Positions 51,900-64,000 of a stretch of DNA of 64,000 nt are shown here, piece after piece. The position numbers were made by a program, and so were the translations under genes. Every line of letters starts with the position of its first letter. Position 1 is the first letter of the stretch. A model generated the notes under the pieces. The model saw nothing but the letters and a program-made list of their open reading frames with translations. It was not told the DNA's origin and did no database searches. The stretch is from Octopus sinensis (taxonomy: Eukaryota). The stretch lies in the NCBI RefSeq assembly GCF_006345805.1, contig NC_042998.1, forward strand, positions 151,590,001-151,654,000, written 5' to 3'.

Positions 51900-53260
51900 T
51901 TGACATTCACTCTATATCAGTATTGTGTTTATATGTTACTCACCGTAACCCATCCTATACAATCAATTAACAAGAAAAATTACAACTATGGAATACCAGA
52001 ACGCATAGATAGAAAATCTATTGTTGATGATCGCCAATTCATTTTCGAGAACAACTACTTCATATTCGGTAACAGAGCCTATCGACAAAAGTCAAGAGTG
52101 GTCATGGGAACAAAAGTTGCCTCAGCATCGTCATGAGATTCTATGAAATGAAAATCTAAAAATTTCTCTGAAATTTTTGGAGAATTCAGCCATTTTTAAG
52201 AAGAAAACTGGAAGGTGTTCCTAGAAGATTATTTCATTCTATGGAGAGAAAATATTGACAGATTAGACAATTCCAAAAATGATGAACAACATAAGCCCTC
52301 ATTTAATTCGCCTTGAAGTTCAGCAATGTAAACACTCTTTTTTTTGCTGGAGGTGTTGCTGTATGTTGTTGTTGCTCCTGGTATCACTACCGTTACTGTC
52401 GGACACGTCGCTGGTGCAGCTGCTATTGCTGTTGGTACAACTGCCGTTGTTGTTGTTCTTGCTGGTCCTACAGTTGTTGCTGTTGCTGCCGCCATCGCTG
52501 CCTCTGTTGTTACTGTCGAACGTGTTGTTAGAGCTGCTGCTGCTATTATAGCCGTTGTTGCCGTTGCTACCGGAAGTGTTGCTGGTACTGTTATCGCCGC
52601 CGCCGCTGCTGTAGTCGTTGTCGCTGTTGCTGTTACTGCCGGATGTGTTGTTGACGATTTGTTGGTGTAGCACCACCAGCTCAACATACGAAAATATGTT
52701 GGAGCTACATAGGAACCCTTCAAACAACGTTTTAACAATCACAGGTCGCTTTTTAGGATCTCAGAGGGGCGCAACGTTACGTCGTTTTCCAGTTAAGTAT
52801 GGCATTTAAAAGAAGGTATGCTATACAAAATTAAACGGAAGCTCCGAAAATACTCTGGACTGTACTTTAACAGGAGCAAACTATGTACACTTTGCTTGAC
52901 CGAGAGAACAAGGAACCTGAATAACTTGCTCGATCCGGGAACCTTTTTAACTTTCAAGAGTGAAATATTTAGTCGGCGGAAATCCATGCAGAAAATATGA
53001 AATTCCCTGCTTGCCGAGTAGCGAACGGCAATCGGCCATATGCTGATTTTTAAAGATGAAACTGGAACCGATCTAAGGGCAATAACTTCATCTCACCCAG
53101 AACGTTTGTCTCTCAGTAGAATTTTGTTTCAGAATTTTTGTGTTAACTCTGGGTTTTTAAGACTTTCTCCTACCTCCAATTGAATAGAGGTTATGTTCCT
53201 TCGGCCAACGAGTCTGAAGAATCTCGCCGCCCATAGCCAGCAACGTTTTTTTAAGTATAT
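51900..53260 (+). mobile_element. Heavily decayed Penelope-like element (RT, low-complexity linker, GIY-YIG)
   Basis: FENNYFIFGNRAYRQKSRVVMGTK; WKVFLEDYFILW; RKYVGAT*EPFKQRFNNHRSLFR...WHLK...KLCTLCLTE. Confidence 0.7.
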
Positions 53261-53270
53261 ATATATATAT

Positions 53271-53688
53271 ACTCTTAACTCTTTTTACTCTTTTACTTGT
53301 TTCAGTCATTTGACTGCGGCCATGCTGGAGCACCGCCTTTAATCGAGCAACTCGACCCTGGGACTTATTCTTTTGTAAGCCCACTACTTATTATATCGAT
53401 CTCTTTTGCCGAACCGCTAAGTAACGGGGACATAAACACACCAACATCGGTTGTCAAGCAATGCTAGGGGGACGAACACAGACACACAAACACACACACG
53501 CATATATATATATATACATATATACGACGGGCTTCTTTCAGTTTCCGTCTACCAAATCCACTCACAAGGCTTTGTTCGGCCCGAGGCTATAGTAGAAGAC
53601 ACTTGCCCAAGGTGCCACGCAGTGGGACTGAACCCCGAACCATGTGGTTGGTAAACAAGCTACCTACCACACAGCCACTCCTGCGCCT
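53271..53688 (-). mobile_element. SINE family A, full length
   Basis: Reverse complement of the 33389 pattern. Further partial copies at ~35860, 42620, 45215, 56500, 57277 and 58010. Confidence 0.9.
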
Positions 53689-53924
53689 ATATATATATAA
53701 GAACTCAAATACACACACATAAATAAGAACGGAAACAGGGTTCAAAATTTATCACTGTTTCAGTAGCATTTCATTGATGAATTCTTAGATTACATCATAG
53801 CAAAAACTCACCATCATCAGGTAAATTTTAAACACAGAAACATACAAGATTTTTGCAATGATATAATCTAACAATGCGTCAATGAAATACCACCGAAACA
53901 GTTGTGCATTTTGTGTTATATATT

Positions 53925-53963
<39 letters not shown>

Positions 53964-53980
53964 CATCATTTACAAGACAC

Positions 53981-55900
53981 CTATTCAGTCGGGTAAGAAG
54001 AAATACTTGCCAGAACCTTGCCAGCAGCTAATAGTAGAGCAATACTTCTGTAGTTGCCACACTCTATTCTGGCTCCCTTTAGTTTATAGACAGGAAGAAT
54101 AATTGCATCCTTCCAGTCCTTGGGCATTGCCCCATCCCTCCAGACTACAAATTCATGAAAGGACAAATTCATGAAGGACCTCAGCACAAATACTATCCTT
54201 ACCAGGTGCCTCCCTTCCAATATTCAATTTACTTATTCCTGTCATTACCGCATCTATTGAGAGCTTAGAATTTAAGAAGCCAATGGCAGGTCTCTGTTGC
54301 ATAGTATCAATCACTGCTTCGTCTACAACTGACTCACAATTTAGGAGTTCAGAAAAATGAACCAATGACCTGGTATCTCTGTTGATTTGGTAAAAAGAGC
54401 AGAGGAGCTGATGCAGAGCTCTTAGGCCCATAAACTTCCTTTATAAGATGGTGAAGCTTCTTGCTGTCATTTGCATCAGCAGTGGCCTGAACACCACAAG
54501 CAAGATCCTCCCACCAGGTATTCTGCATCTTCCTGAGAGATCGTTGCAGTAGTGATTTTACACTGCTGCAGTGGGCAAGTGCTAGATTTCGCTGCACAAT
54601 TGTAAATCCCCTGTGCATTAATACACTGTGGGCATAGCGCTTTACGACCACAAGTCACTGAACTTCAGCATCATTTTCATCAAACCAGTCTCTGCATCTG
54701 GCAGTAGCATATCTTAGTGTTTCAGTAACACATCGGAAAACCTGGTCTCGAAAATGCCAACTGTCCCTCTTCTTTTTTCATTTTGATTATCATCCAGAAC
54801 TTTGCTCGCACCAGGCTATGGTCCGTCCAGCTCTCCGAACCATGAAAGGACTTGACATTACAAATGTCATGGATGTCACACTTGCAAATGATAACATAAT
54901 CCAACAAGTGCCAAACTTTAGACCTTGAGTGCATCCACGTTGTTGTGTGATAACCTTTGTACATAAAATGAGTGCTTGCGATGTAAAGTCCGTATTCCTC
55001 GCAAATCCCCAGAAGTATGAGAGCATTGTTATTCATCTTCCCTATACCAAAACGTCCAAGAGAGTTCCCCGTCTGCCAATCTGTTCCAACCCTGATATTG
55101 GAAATACCCCAGTAGAATGACTTTATCAGAATTGAAGATATTCCTGCGTATGGCTCTCAGCTGGGTATAAAGAATAGTTTTATCATCACAACTGGTCAAA
55201 GTAACAAACTTATTAAAGTAGCAAACCGCCCACCTCCCAGGTACAAACGTAGAGTCATTAGACGACCGTTTATAGAAATAGGAAACTTCATCAACTTCTT
55301 AAGGATTTCAGATCGAACTGCAAGGCCATTACTGGCCTCTTTGCGGTTCTCCTTCGGTTTCCCCTTCCAAAAAAAAAAAAGGTGTATCCACCTCCTACTT
55401 CCTCCAGCTGACCATCACCTTCTACACGAGTCTCTGAAAGTGCAGCTACATAAGTGTTGTAACGGTTCAGCTCGCGATCAAAAAGTTCAATGCGTCTTTC
55501 AGGCCAATAGCCACTCTTGTTATCCAACAGAGAGCGCACATTCCAGCAAGGAATATTCAAGTTCCAACCAGATTTTATAAGTATTCTCTTTGCTTTTCGA
55601 GTGCAGGATGGACATCCGTCAGTCGCGCTAAACTGACCAAATAAAGAAAGATAGGCAATTTTTGGTTCACCCTTTCTAGAACCTCCCCGGCCTCTGGATT
55701 AGCAGTGCCCTTCCCAAATGGAGCTGCTTAGACACTCATGCAGCAATCGAATCACATCGCTGTCTTGGGTGACAAGGAGACGACTTTATATCTAGGATGG
55801 GCCACCTACGAGCAGGTCGCTGACTACATGCTTCCAACCCGTCAGGTCTGCATGCTTCGCCACCTTCCCATCGCCGTAGGACTTCCGAATACAAAAATAC
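53981..55900 (-). mobile_element. RTE-clade LINE remnant (5' UTR, AP endonuclease, start of RT)
   Basis: CWNVRSL...VAALSETR; WMHSRSKVWHLLDYVI; DHSLVRAK; PKDWKDAIILPVYKLKG...CGNYRSIALL...GKVLA. Confidence 0.85.
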
Positions 55901-56681
55901 ATAAATACATATATAAAAAAGAGAGAGAAAGAAGCAGGCACATGTAAATGAAAAAAGTCAGCAATGCCTATGCAAAGTTTTAGGTCCAATAAAGCTTGTA
56001 CGACACTTCACAGACCTCCTCCACTCTATTGACATTATCCAGAGACAAGCTGAGGCAAAATTTTTGGTGCCAATATGAATTGCATGCAGGCTCAGAGATG
56101 AAGGAATGCCATGATCTCAAGCATAGGCAAAAGACCCCCCAAATGTCCAATGTCATTCCCTGCATATCTTGTTATATATCAGAGTAGCCTTCTCCTAGAG
56201 ACATGCTTCAACAAGAGCTAAGGGTGCCTCACTCCCATTGATCTCCCAGCACGCTGGACACTATCCCGGAATTTTTGGGTGCCCATGCTATTACTAGGTG
56301 GTCTTTGAACCTGAACTAGGTTCATCCGGCCTTTTTACAAGGTCTTGCTTTTTGTCCTGCTGGGTTTCTAGCAACTGTCCTCACCAGGCTGGCCTGGTGG
56401 AGGTGCCGGTTTAGTTGTACTGGGTTCTATGTTGCCAGTAGCACTCACGAGAGCTTCACAAGTGACCTGACATACATTTTATCTTTTCTTTCACCTTTTA
56501 CTTATTTCAGTCATTTGATTGCAGCCATGCTGGAACACCGCCTAGAAGGGTTTTTAGTCAAACAAATCGACCACAGGTCATTTTTTTTAAAGCTTAGTAG
56601 TTATTCTATCGGTCTCTTTTTCCGGTTGGCAAGCAGTGATGGGGGGACAAACAGCTACAAAGACACACACACATACATATA

Positions 56682-57251
56682 TCTATGTACATAAATGTGT
56701 AATGGTACCTGTCTGTGTGTGTAGTTGGGGTTATTCTAACTCCTCCTACACCGTCCAACCGATTTTAATGATTTTGGCACATAGGTAGATCACATGCCCT
56801 GAAGTTCAAATAAGGCCAGAATTTTTCGATAACTCAATAATGCTCAGTTGGCATCTATTTTTGTGAGCTCAATCGGGCGTTTGAATGGAAATTCACCATA
56901 AGGATGTTATTTTTCCTGCAACTTTTGCATTTCTTCACGTGAAAAATTTCAACAAAATCGCTAGAATAGTCTCTAAGGAAATGCTTATTTACATTTGTGT
57001 CCTCTGCACCAGTGGGTGCAGTCGTCAGCTGCAATATCTCCTTTCCACCAACAAAATTCTATCGCCTGCTCTGACCATTCCCCTCCCCCGCCTGCCACAC
57101 ATCTACTCATCATGCAACAGTCTGACGAACCAGATATATCATCTTAGTGAGTAATAGTTGGCACGGGGAACGTAGACGATTTCAATACAAGGTGAGAGGT
57201 GGGCTTAACTTCAACACGGAAAACACGAACAACGCCGGGTTCAACAGCTAG
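56682..57251 (+). mobile_element. Non-autonomous Helitron (Lep1-like)
   Basis: A|TC 5' end, AACGCCGGGTTCAACAG-CTAG|T 3' end, internal ACTCCTCCTACACCGTCCAACCGATTTTAATGA motif, AT target with no TSD. Confidence 0.7.
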
Positions 57252-57461
57252 TACACATACATACACACACATACACGACTGGCTTATTTAAATTTCCGCC
57301 TACCAGATCCACTTATAAGGCTTTGGTCGGCCCAAGGCTATAGTAGAAGACACTAACCCAAGGTGCCACGCAGTGGGATTGAACTCGGAACCATGTGGTT
57401 GAGAACTAAGCTTCTTACTGTACAACCACACCTGCGCCTATGAGAATGGGCGCAGGCGTGT

Positions 57462-57533
57462 TTCCCTGGTGGCGAATCGAACCCCGACCTTCCGCGTAAC
57501 AGACGGAGATATTTACCAGTATACTACCGAGGA
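57462..57533 (-). pseudogene. tRNA-Asp-derived pseudogene with anticodon GTT
   Basis: TCCTCGGTAGTATACTGGTAAATATCTCCGTCTGTTACGCGGAAGGTCGGGGTTCGATTCGCCACCAGGGAA: eukaryotic tRNA-Asp(GTC) body with mismatched acceptor and T stems. Confidence 0.75.
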
Positions 57534-57923
57534 GGATGCTTACCATTACACTACCTATACTATATTATTTTACCAGTCTAGTAATGATAGTGACTTCGAA
57601 GTTCCGGCCAGCTAAACCATCATCGAACTTCGATGCATTGGAATACACCCTCTCTACAAAATTTCCCTCACGAGGCATTGGTACACCCGAAGGTATAAAG
57701 GAAGACGTTTGACCAAGATACCGCGTAATGGGACTGAACCTGACAGCATGTGGTTGCAAAGCCAACTTTTTAACCACGGTCTCACACACTTTATTTTATT
57801 GAAACACACACACACACACACACACACGCACGCATGCACAGATATTTTTACACTACAGCCATACTGGTGCTCCCAGTCGTCGAACAAATCACCTCTAGTA
57901 CTTATTTTGATTTTGATACATAA

Positions 57924-57969
<46 letters not shown>

Positions 57970-60419
57970 TGTGTGTGTGTGTGTGTTTGCGTCTGTGTGT
58001 CTATTATGCAATGACTTGACAACCGGTGCTGGTTTGTTTATATTTCCTTATCTAGCGATTCGGTAATAAGTTGACCAATATAATAAGCACCTTATTTAAA
58101 ATGAGTACTGGGGTCGATTTGTTCGACCAGACCCATCAAAACAGTGCCCCAGCATGACCGCAGTATAGTGACTGAAACAAGCATAAAGAATGATTGTGTA
58201 TGTATCTGTCCGTATGTGTATATGTGCGCGTATGTGTGTTTGTGTATGTGGGTGTGCATATGCATGTGTACGTACATGTATGTGTGTATGAGCATTTAAA
58301 ACGAGAAAAACAGCATAATACGGAAGCAATCGAATACATTCACGCACACCCAAAGATACACACACACCATTTTCTATAGAATTACTTCTCTACCCACGCC
58401 TACCACTCCTCCTTTACTCACAAACACTTTCTTCCCATTTCTTCTCTCTACGTTTCTCTTTCACTTTGATTTTTTGTTTTTGCTCTCTCCCTTTGTTCCC
58501 CTCGGTTCATACTCTTTTTGCTTATTTTGTATAAACCACATCTTTCCTTCGATTTCTCTCTCTCTCTCTCTTTCTCTCTCCTTCTCTCTGCCTCTCTCTC
58601 TTCTTTTGTTTCTCTCCTTTCACCATTCTCTCTGATTCTCTTTTCTATCTTTCCTATTCATTCTGTATAATTCCCTTTCTCTTTCTTGTTTTCTCTCTAT
58701 CTATCTATCTGTCTGCCTGTCTTTGTGTCTCTCTCACTCATTTTCTCTTGCCCTGTTCTATTTCTCTCCCTCTTTTACTACCTCTCTCTCTCCCTCTCTC
58801 CACTTTTCCTCTTTTTCTCTCCTGTCTTGCTTCTCTTTATTCCGATCCATCTGATACAGGCCTTTAGTTACGCTTCGTTTCACAGCCCACTTTACGGCTA
58901 ACTGCACTTTATCGACAATGGTCACACTTCATTGCACACCGCCACTCGCCGCCAATCATGTCGGACGTTGCCATTGGTGACGGTATGGTATAGTCGTAGA
59001 TGCGGACAACCACCACCTCCAACTCTGCCGTCACTGACAGTAACAACAACAGAAGAAGCAGCTATAATAAAACTCACAACAACAAGAACCAAACTCATAC
59101 AATAACAACAACAGTAACAATAACGACAGCAAGAAGCGACAGAGCCACTGTGTAGTTGCACATTTTGCTAGAAACAGCAGTCAAAGCTCTCAAATTACTC
59201 TTTAGAAAGAAACCTGAAGGACAAATTAGATACTTATGGTCATAATTAAGATTGCCTTTGATCAGGTGTTTGGTTGATCGAGGCTGATTTGTAGTGGTGG
59301 TGGTGATGGGTCATACATCAACAACACGAATATATTGTCAGATATCTATAGTTTCAATAATGTATCGTATGAGGTAGAGGTTGTCGGGAGTAGAAGTGTT
59401 TGGTATGGCACATATCTGTACCTCACCTATCAGAATATCGACGATAGCGCCAATCTTTCAGCAAATAGGGCTTAAAGTTGTTAAAATGAACCCCCCTTTT
59501 CGGGTTCTTTCCCAGCAGCACCAGCACACCTCTTTTCGCAGGACTGAGAATTCTCACGTTCTGTTGCCTGTTGCAGACATCTGCCAAGAGACCCTTGAAC
59601 ACGTTTGAGATATGAACATAAAGAGGGTCTCTTCAGTTTGACTGCACTTTTGAAATTTAAAAAGTAAGTGACAATTTTCAAATTTGATGAAATGATGTAA
59701 TTTTTCCATCTTGAATCTGACGGCCTAATTCACCAGTTACAAAAAAATATTTTAAAAAAGTTTCAGAAGTTTAAAGTTTAATCATTTTTATCCGGTCAGA
59801 AAACAAGATTTGGAAGCTGTCATTTTGTGTGACTGCACGTGTTGTCAACATTGAAACGAAAGCACATTTTAATATCAAACTGTAAACAAATGAAATATTG
59901 GCGGAATTCTGCTTTATGCTCGCCATATAACACCTCATAACTTTTTATTATTTTGAATTCTCAGAAATTTTTTGAGAATTTGTTTTCTACACACAGGAAT
60001 TCATACGATTATGCAAAAAACAAAGAAAATTTTAAAAATTGGTGCGTGACTTTAAGATCTCTTTAGCTGTTATATTTAGTACATCTCATGACCTCCTCAT
60101 GTTTTAAGCATTTAATAAGCAAAAATGCCCATGAGGCTGGATAGGACAGCAGCAGACGAGTGAGAAGCTTGGTAACATCTTGGCTTGTTACTATAGAAAT
60201 AGGTACCTATATGTCTGTGGCTTTCGAGTAGCTAAAATTACCAAACATTTGCAAACTTTAAACGCTATTAACTCTTTATACATTGATGTACGGCAAAAAT
60301 GACTTTCCTATCAATAATTACCATTCAGAACTACATCAATACACCAAATATGAAATCAAATGGAACAAAACTGAAGAAATTGAAAAGTGGCAGCCAAACA
60401 GAAAGATCCGATAAATCTC

Positions 60420-60880
60420 GTAGGATATACTATCCAACTCTAGTGACTTCATCGCATAGCCCACCACCGCTTTCCATATTCCATCAGCTGTTCTCGGCTT
60501 TTTCCAGAACTCCGCATCCCAATTCGAGAGTCACAGCGGGCCATCAAGGGAAGCAGTAAAGTTCACCTTCGTCTCCGGTCCACCGTCCAGCCCAAATAGT
60601 ATAGCGAAGTGCCACTGAAAAGCCGCGCACATCTGCTTGGAATCGTGTGGCACATGTTTCTCCCTATCCGAATTGTAGCTTTGTCGCCATGTTGCATCTC
60701 TGCCAACGGGGTCCATCGAACAGCTTTCATTCCCTCAAGTTTTAGAATATGCGCTCTAGCTCTGATAACACAACCTTCGTGCTTACCTTTGAAGGAATGT
60801 TTGAAGATAATTCTTGCCGTTGTTTAGGGTGCATTTTCTAAGCACCGCTTTTAGCTTGCTTAACAAAGCCATAAATTTGA
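60420..60880 (-). mobile_element. Tx1/L1-type ORF2 fragment (EN-RT linker)
   Basis: MCAAFQWHFAILFG...KSLELDSISYEI, a decayed KSPGLDG..YE-type motif. Confidence 0.55.
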
Positions 60881-61714
60881 CGGCAGGGATAGAGTAAGCA
60901 ATGATAAAGGCTCGAATATTGGATAGCAACTTTATTTTTTATTGATCCTCTTCCAAGATTGATAAATAAAGCCAAATTTGACCTCGGCAGGATTGTAAAC
61001 TAGAATATAAAGAGCTGGGTAAATAAAGCAAAACAGTGTGTTCGACAGATAATCTACTGATTCTGTTAATCCACCGCAATGACACATGTTTACCAATGTG
61101 GGGACACAACTTGGTCTCTTGGCTTGCTACAAAAAATAATATAAAAATAAGAAGCAGCCAACAAGTCATTCCAACAACAGTAGAGACAAAATAGATTTAT
61201 CCATCAAAAGTCGATAGTGTAAGGAAGTTATAGGTAGGCAGCAAGTGTACACCTCCTAACCGTCTCAGTCTTTTCGGTCACCAGCCATCGGGCTCCGACC
61301 GATTCAATGCATTATTTATATTTAGCTGTATTATGTATCATACTGTGTCAATGGGCAGATAACCTTTCCGGTCTTACCTGATACCTCTCCATTGACTTTT
61401 CTCTGAGTGGCCCCTTTATGTGTTATCTTAAACTCCTCTGGATGCACCCACCCAACTCCGTCGCCGATCATATCCCTTACCTATAATTTATAAGTTTGGA
61501 CCAATGTAGAATGTAACTGAATCATTAGTTCCCGGTGTAATGTCAAGGGCTATTTATGTACATCCGTTGAGTTCAAATTCAACTGAGCTTGACTGTAACA
61601 TTCATCTTTATAAAGTAAGAGGAGGTTTAATAAAATAAGCAGAGATCGATAATTCAATTGACTCCCTCTCCCTACCCTCAGAAATGTGTTTCCTCGGACC
61701 AAGGCTTAAACATA

Positions 61715-61920
61715 AGGCTGGTAGAATCGTTAGCACGCCGAGCAAAATGCTTAGTGGCATTTCGTCTGTCTTTGCGTTCTGAAGTTCAAATTCCGCTGGA
61801 GTCGACTTTACCCTTCATCATTTTGGGGTCGACAAAATAAGTACCGGTTGATCATTGGGGTCGATGTAAATGACTTATACCCAACTTCGCAATTACTGGC
61901 CTCGTGCAAAAATTTGAAAC
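61715..61920 (+). mobile_element. SINE family B
   Basis: GGTAGAATCGTTAGCACGCCGAGCAAAATGCTTAG...GTTCAAATTCCGC...GGGGTCGA...CTGGCCTCGTGCAAAAATTTGAAAC. Confidence 0.75.
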
Positions 61921-62009
61921 TGTTATTTAAGTTTAGAGGTACAAACAATTTTCCTGAATCCAACAGGTAAGTCGGTGGTACTAAATGTGAGTGACAGTAA
62001 AGGCGAAGC

Positions 62010-64000
62010 ATTCAAACTAGATACCATCTATGCACTCAGTGAGACAAGATGGCCAGACATTTTTAGACGCTCTTTAGTACTAAGAGTAGATTGGAATGGA
62101 ATTGTGCGGGGTTAACCCATAGAAAGGAATACAAACGCCTTGAAAACATGCTCAGACGTTTCCAACTGCCTGACAGGCACTGACTGGATTTCCCCTAACG
62201 TGTCAATGTGGACTTGACAACCACGATGGATCTTACAAATCGTATTAAGATAAAGTATTCGTTAGGTTAGCTGACAGGGATACTTTAATCGGATCGCCAA
62301 TTTGTGAAATTCACAGTCATCTTAGATAGTATCCATAGACAGGGACCCGGCGTCTTTCCTGAAGCGAAAAGACTATTGACGAGTCAATAGCATTTGGTAA
62401 AGAGCATATGATAGAGAAAAATAGATTAGAGGAGTTAGTTAATAAACTAGAAAAGGCAATTAGAAATGGCATTGCAACCAATGTGATAGCAGTAAGAATG
62501 GACTCCGACCATTTCTTCAATGCGAAATACAAGAAAGAACGACAGCCGTTCGATGGGCTTGGGTGGTGAAAGCGCGACGTGGCAACGAAGTCACAAGTCA
62601 GTCTTCCCAACAGCATTTGCTCAAATCTTCAGAGAAAGTGATAAATCACACAGAATTATGGACTTTTGTGCTTACCTCGATAGTCTGCCGTGACTCTCGA
62701 AAGAAGCGACAAGGCACTGCGAAAGGCCAATAACAGCAAATGAGATACGCAAAGTCTTGAGTGGGACAAATCGTCCGGTTTGGATGGTTTTCTCTATGAG
62801 TTTTATGGTTATATGACAGAGCTGTTTGGTGAGCTCTTCACAAACTTCTACCGCAACTAACAGCAAGGCAGAAGAAGTCTTAGTTCTCTGAGCAGGGGTG
62901 TGCTAACATTTCGGAGAAAGGACGCCAATACAGAAGATATTATGAACAATTTCTGACCCATAAACCCTGCTAAATGCAGAGTTTAAAATTATGGCCAAGG
63001 TGTTGGCAAAGAGGTTGGGGCTTGTGGTAGATGGTTTGGTCGGAGAAGTTCAAACGTGTGCAATCACTAATAGGTCCATCTATGACATCCTCCTCTTCAT
63101 GCATCACATCATAGAGAGAATGGTAAACAAATCTGGCATCGGTGGAGCTCTGATCAATTTGCATCAATCAAAAGTGTTCGACAGGTTCAATCATCGCTAC
63201 TTGGCAGCAGTTCTAAAAGAGTCTGGTAAAAGTGTCAGTGGCTGGATCACAGCAATGCACAGCGGTGCTTACTCGGTGGTCAAAGTAAACGTTCACCATT
63301 CGGAACCGTTTAATATCACGCACTCGATCCGTCAGGGCCCTCTTCTCTTTTCTCTCCTCTACGTTCTAGAAATCGAGCCTTTGCTGCATAAGCTAGAACT
63401 CCCGAGGGACATCCTTTTCGAAATGGAATGCAGGGAGTTGTGTTCGCGTATGTAGATGACGTCACCGTAATGGTGACATACACCACGGATGTTCAAGTAG
63501 TCGAATCCATTTTAAAGGAATACGAGGCAATGATAGGAGTTAGTTAAATCCGAACAAATCGGTAGGCTTGCGACTCGGCAACTGGAGAAAGAAGTCTATG
63601 CCAACGAACAGCACATTAAGTCGATGGACAGACAGACCGGTGAAATTGCTTGGGGTTTAGTTTGGACCGGGTTTCCAGGTGGATAAGAACTGAGATAAGG
63701 TTTCAAGCAGGTTGGCCGGTCTCACTCAGAAATGAGCTACGAGAAAATCATCCCTGAAAGGTCGAGCAGAGGTTGACAATACTTATATCGCCTCCTTAAA
63801 AACTTATCACCTGACTGTTGTACCTTACTGCAGCTCACGCTCGGCCGAAAAGGAGCATTTACTTTTCCACTTCCTGTGGCAAGGATGTGTTTCATTGATT
63901 AGTCATACCAGTGCCATCTTGAAGGCAAAACTGGCATGCCATAGTTGCTAATACACAAACATGCACTGCGGTAACACCACTTACAGATTTTCCTGGACGG
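62010..64000 (+). mobile_element. Tx1/L1-type LINE ORF2 remnant (EN end and RT), runs off the window
   Basis: LLNAEFKIMAKVLAKRL...QSKVFDRFNHRYL...IRQGPLLFSLLYVLEIEPLL; AYVDDVT. Confidence 0.88.

Noticed and set aside
52229-52742. Long Thr/Ala- and Asn/Ser-rich minus-strand ORFs resembling mucin or antifreeze proteins
   Set aside because: They are the antisense of the low-complexity linker inside a decayed Penelope element.
55990-56480. Possible second RTE 5' end or HDV-like ribozyme
   Set aside because: I could not recover endonuclease motifs or a nested double-pseudoknot fold by eye.
59370-59425. let-7-like TGAGGTAGAGGTTGT with partial downstream complement TACCTCA
   Set aside because: It lacks one base and the whole 3' part of let-7, which is essentially invariant in bilaterians, and the hairpin pairs poorly beyond about 10 bp.
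59585-59640. Minus-strand CTGAAGA followed by a GACCCT/AGGGTC stem
   Set aside because: No GAAA or NUH follows, so it is a plain hairpin.

Overview
Eukaryotic, AT-rich, microsatellite-saturated intergenic or intronic DNA. The SINEs resemble octopus families from recall only, so the taxon is an inference. I recognise no host protein-coding gene, and most supplied ORFs are microsatellite artefacts. Decayed mobile elements present: two DD34D mariners, a DD37D maT transposon, R4/Dong-like, CR1-like, RTE-like and Tx1/L1-like LINE fragments, two Helitron-like non-autonomous elements, many tRNA-derived SINEs and three Penelope-like elements (PLEs). The main unexplained signal is a set of type I hammerhead ribozymes (HHRs), found by eye. 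(1) A ~490-bp tandem repeat at 14001-16606 carries a complete canonical HHR in each of its five full copies, which is the architecture of a circRNA-producing non-LTR retrozyme. The array flips orientation in the middle. (2) About 1.5 kb away is a near-full-length Penelope element with three HHR-bearing pLTRs and ~1-kb inverted arms. (3) A perfect 219-bp foldback at 48979-49425 has an HHR in each arm. (4) A solo canonical HHR lies at 39148-39223, and several degenerate ones occur elsewhere. Also notable is a ~1.96-kb ORF1-only (HAL1-like) Tx1-type retroelement inserted into a SINE head with a 14-bp target-site duplication (TSD). All folds were derived by hand, and no database search was possible.
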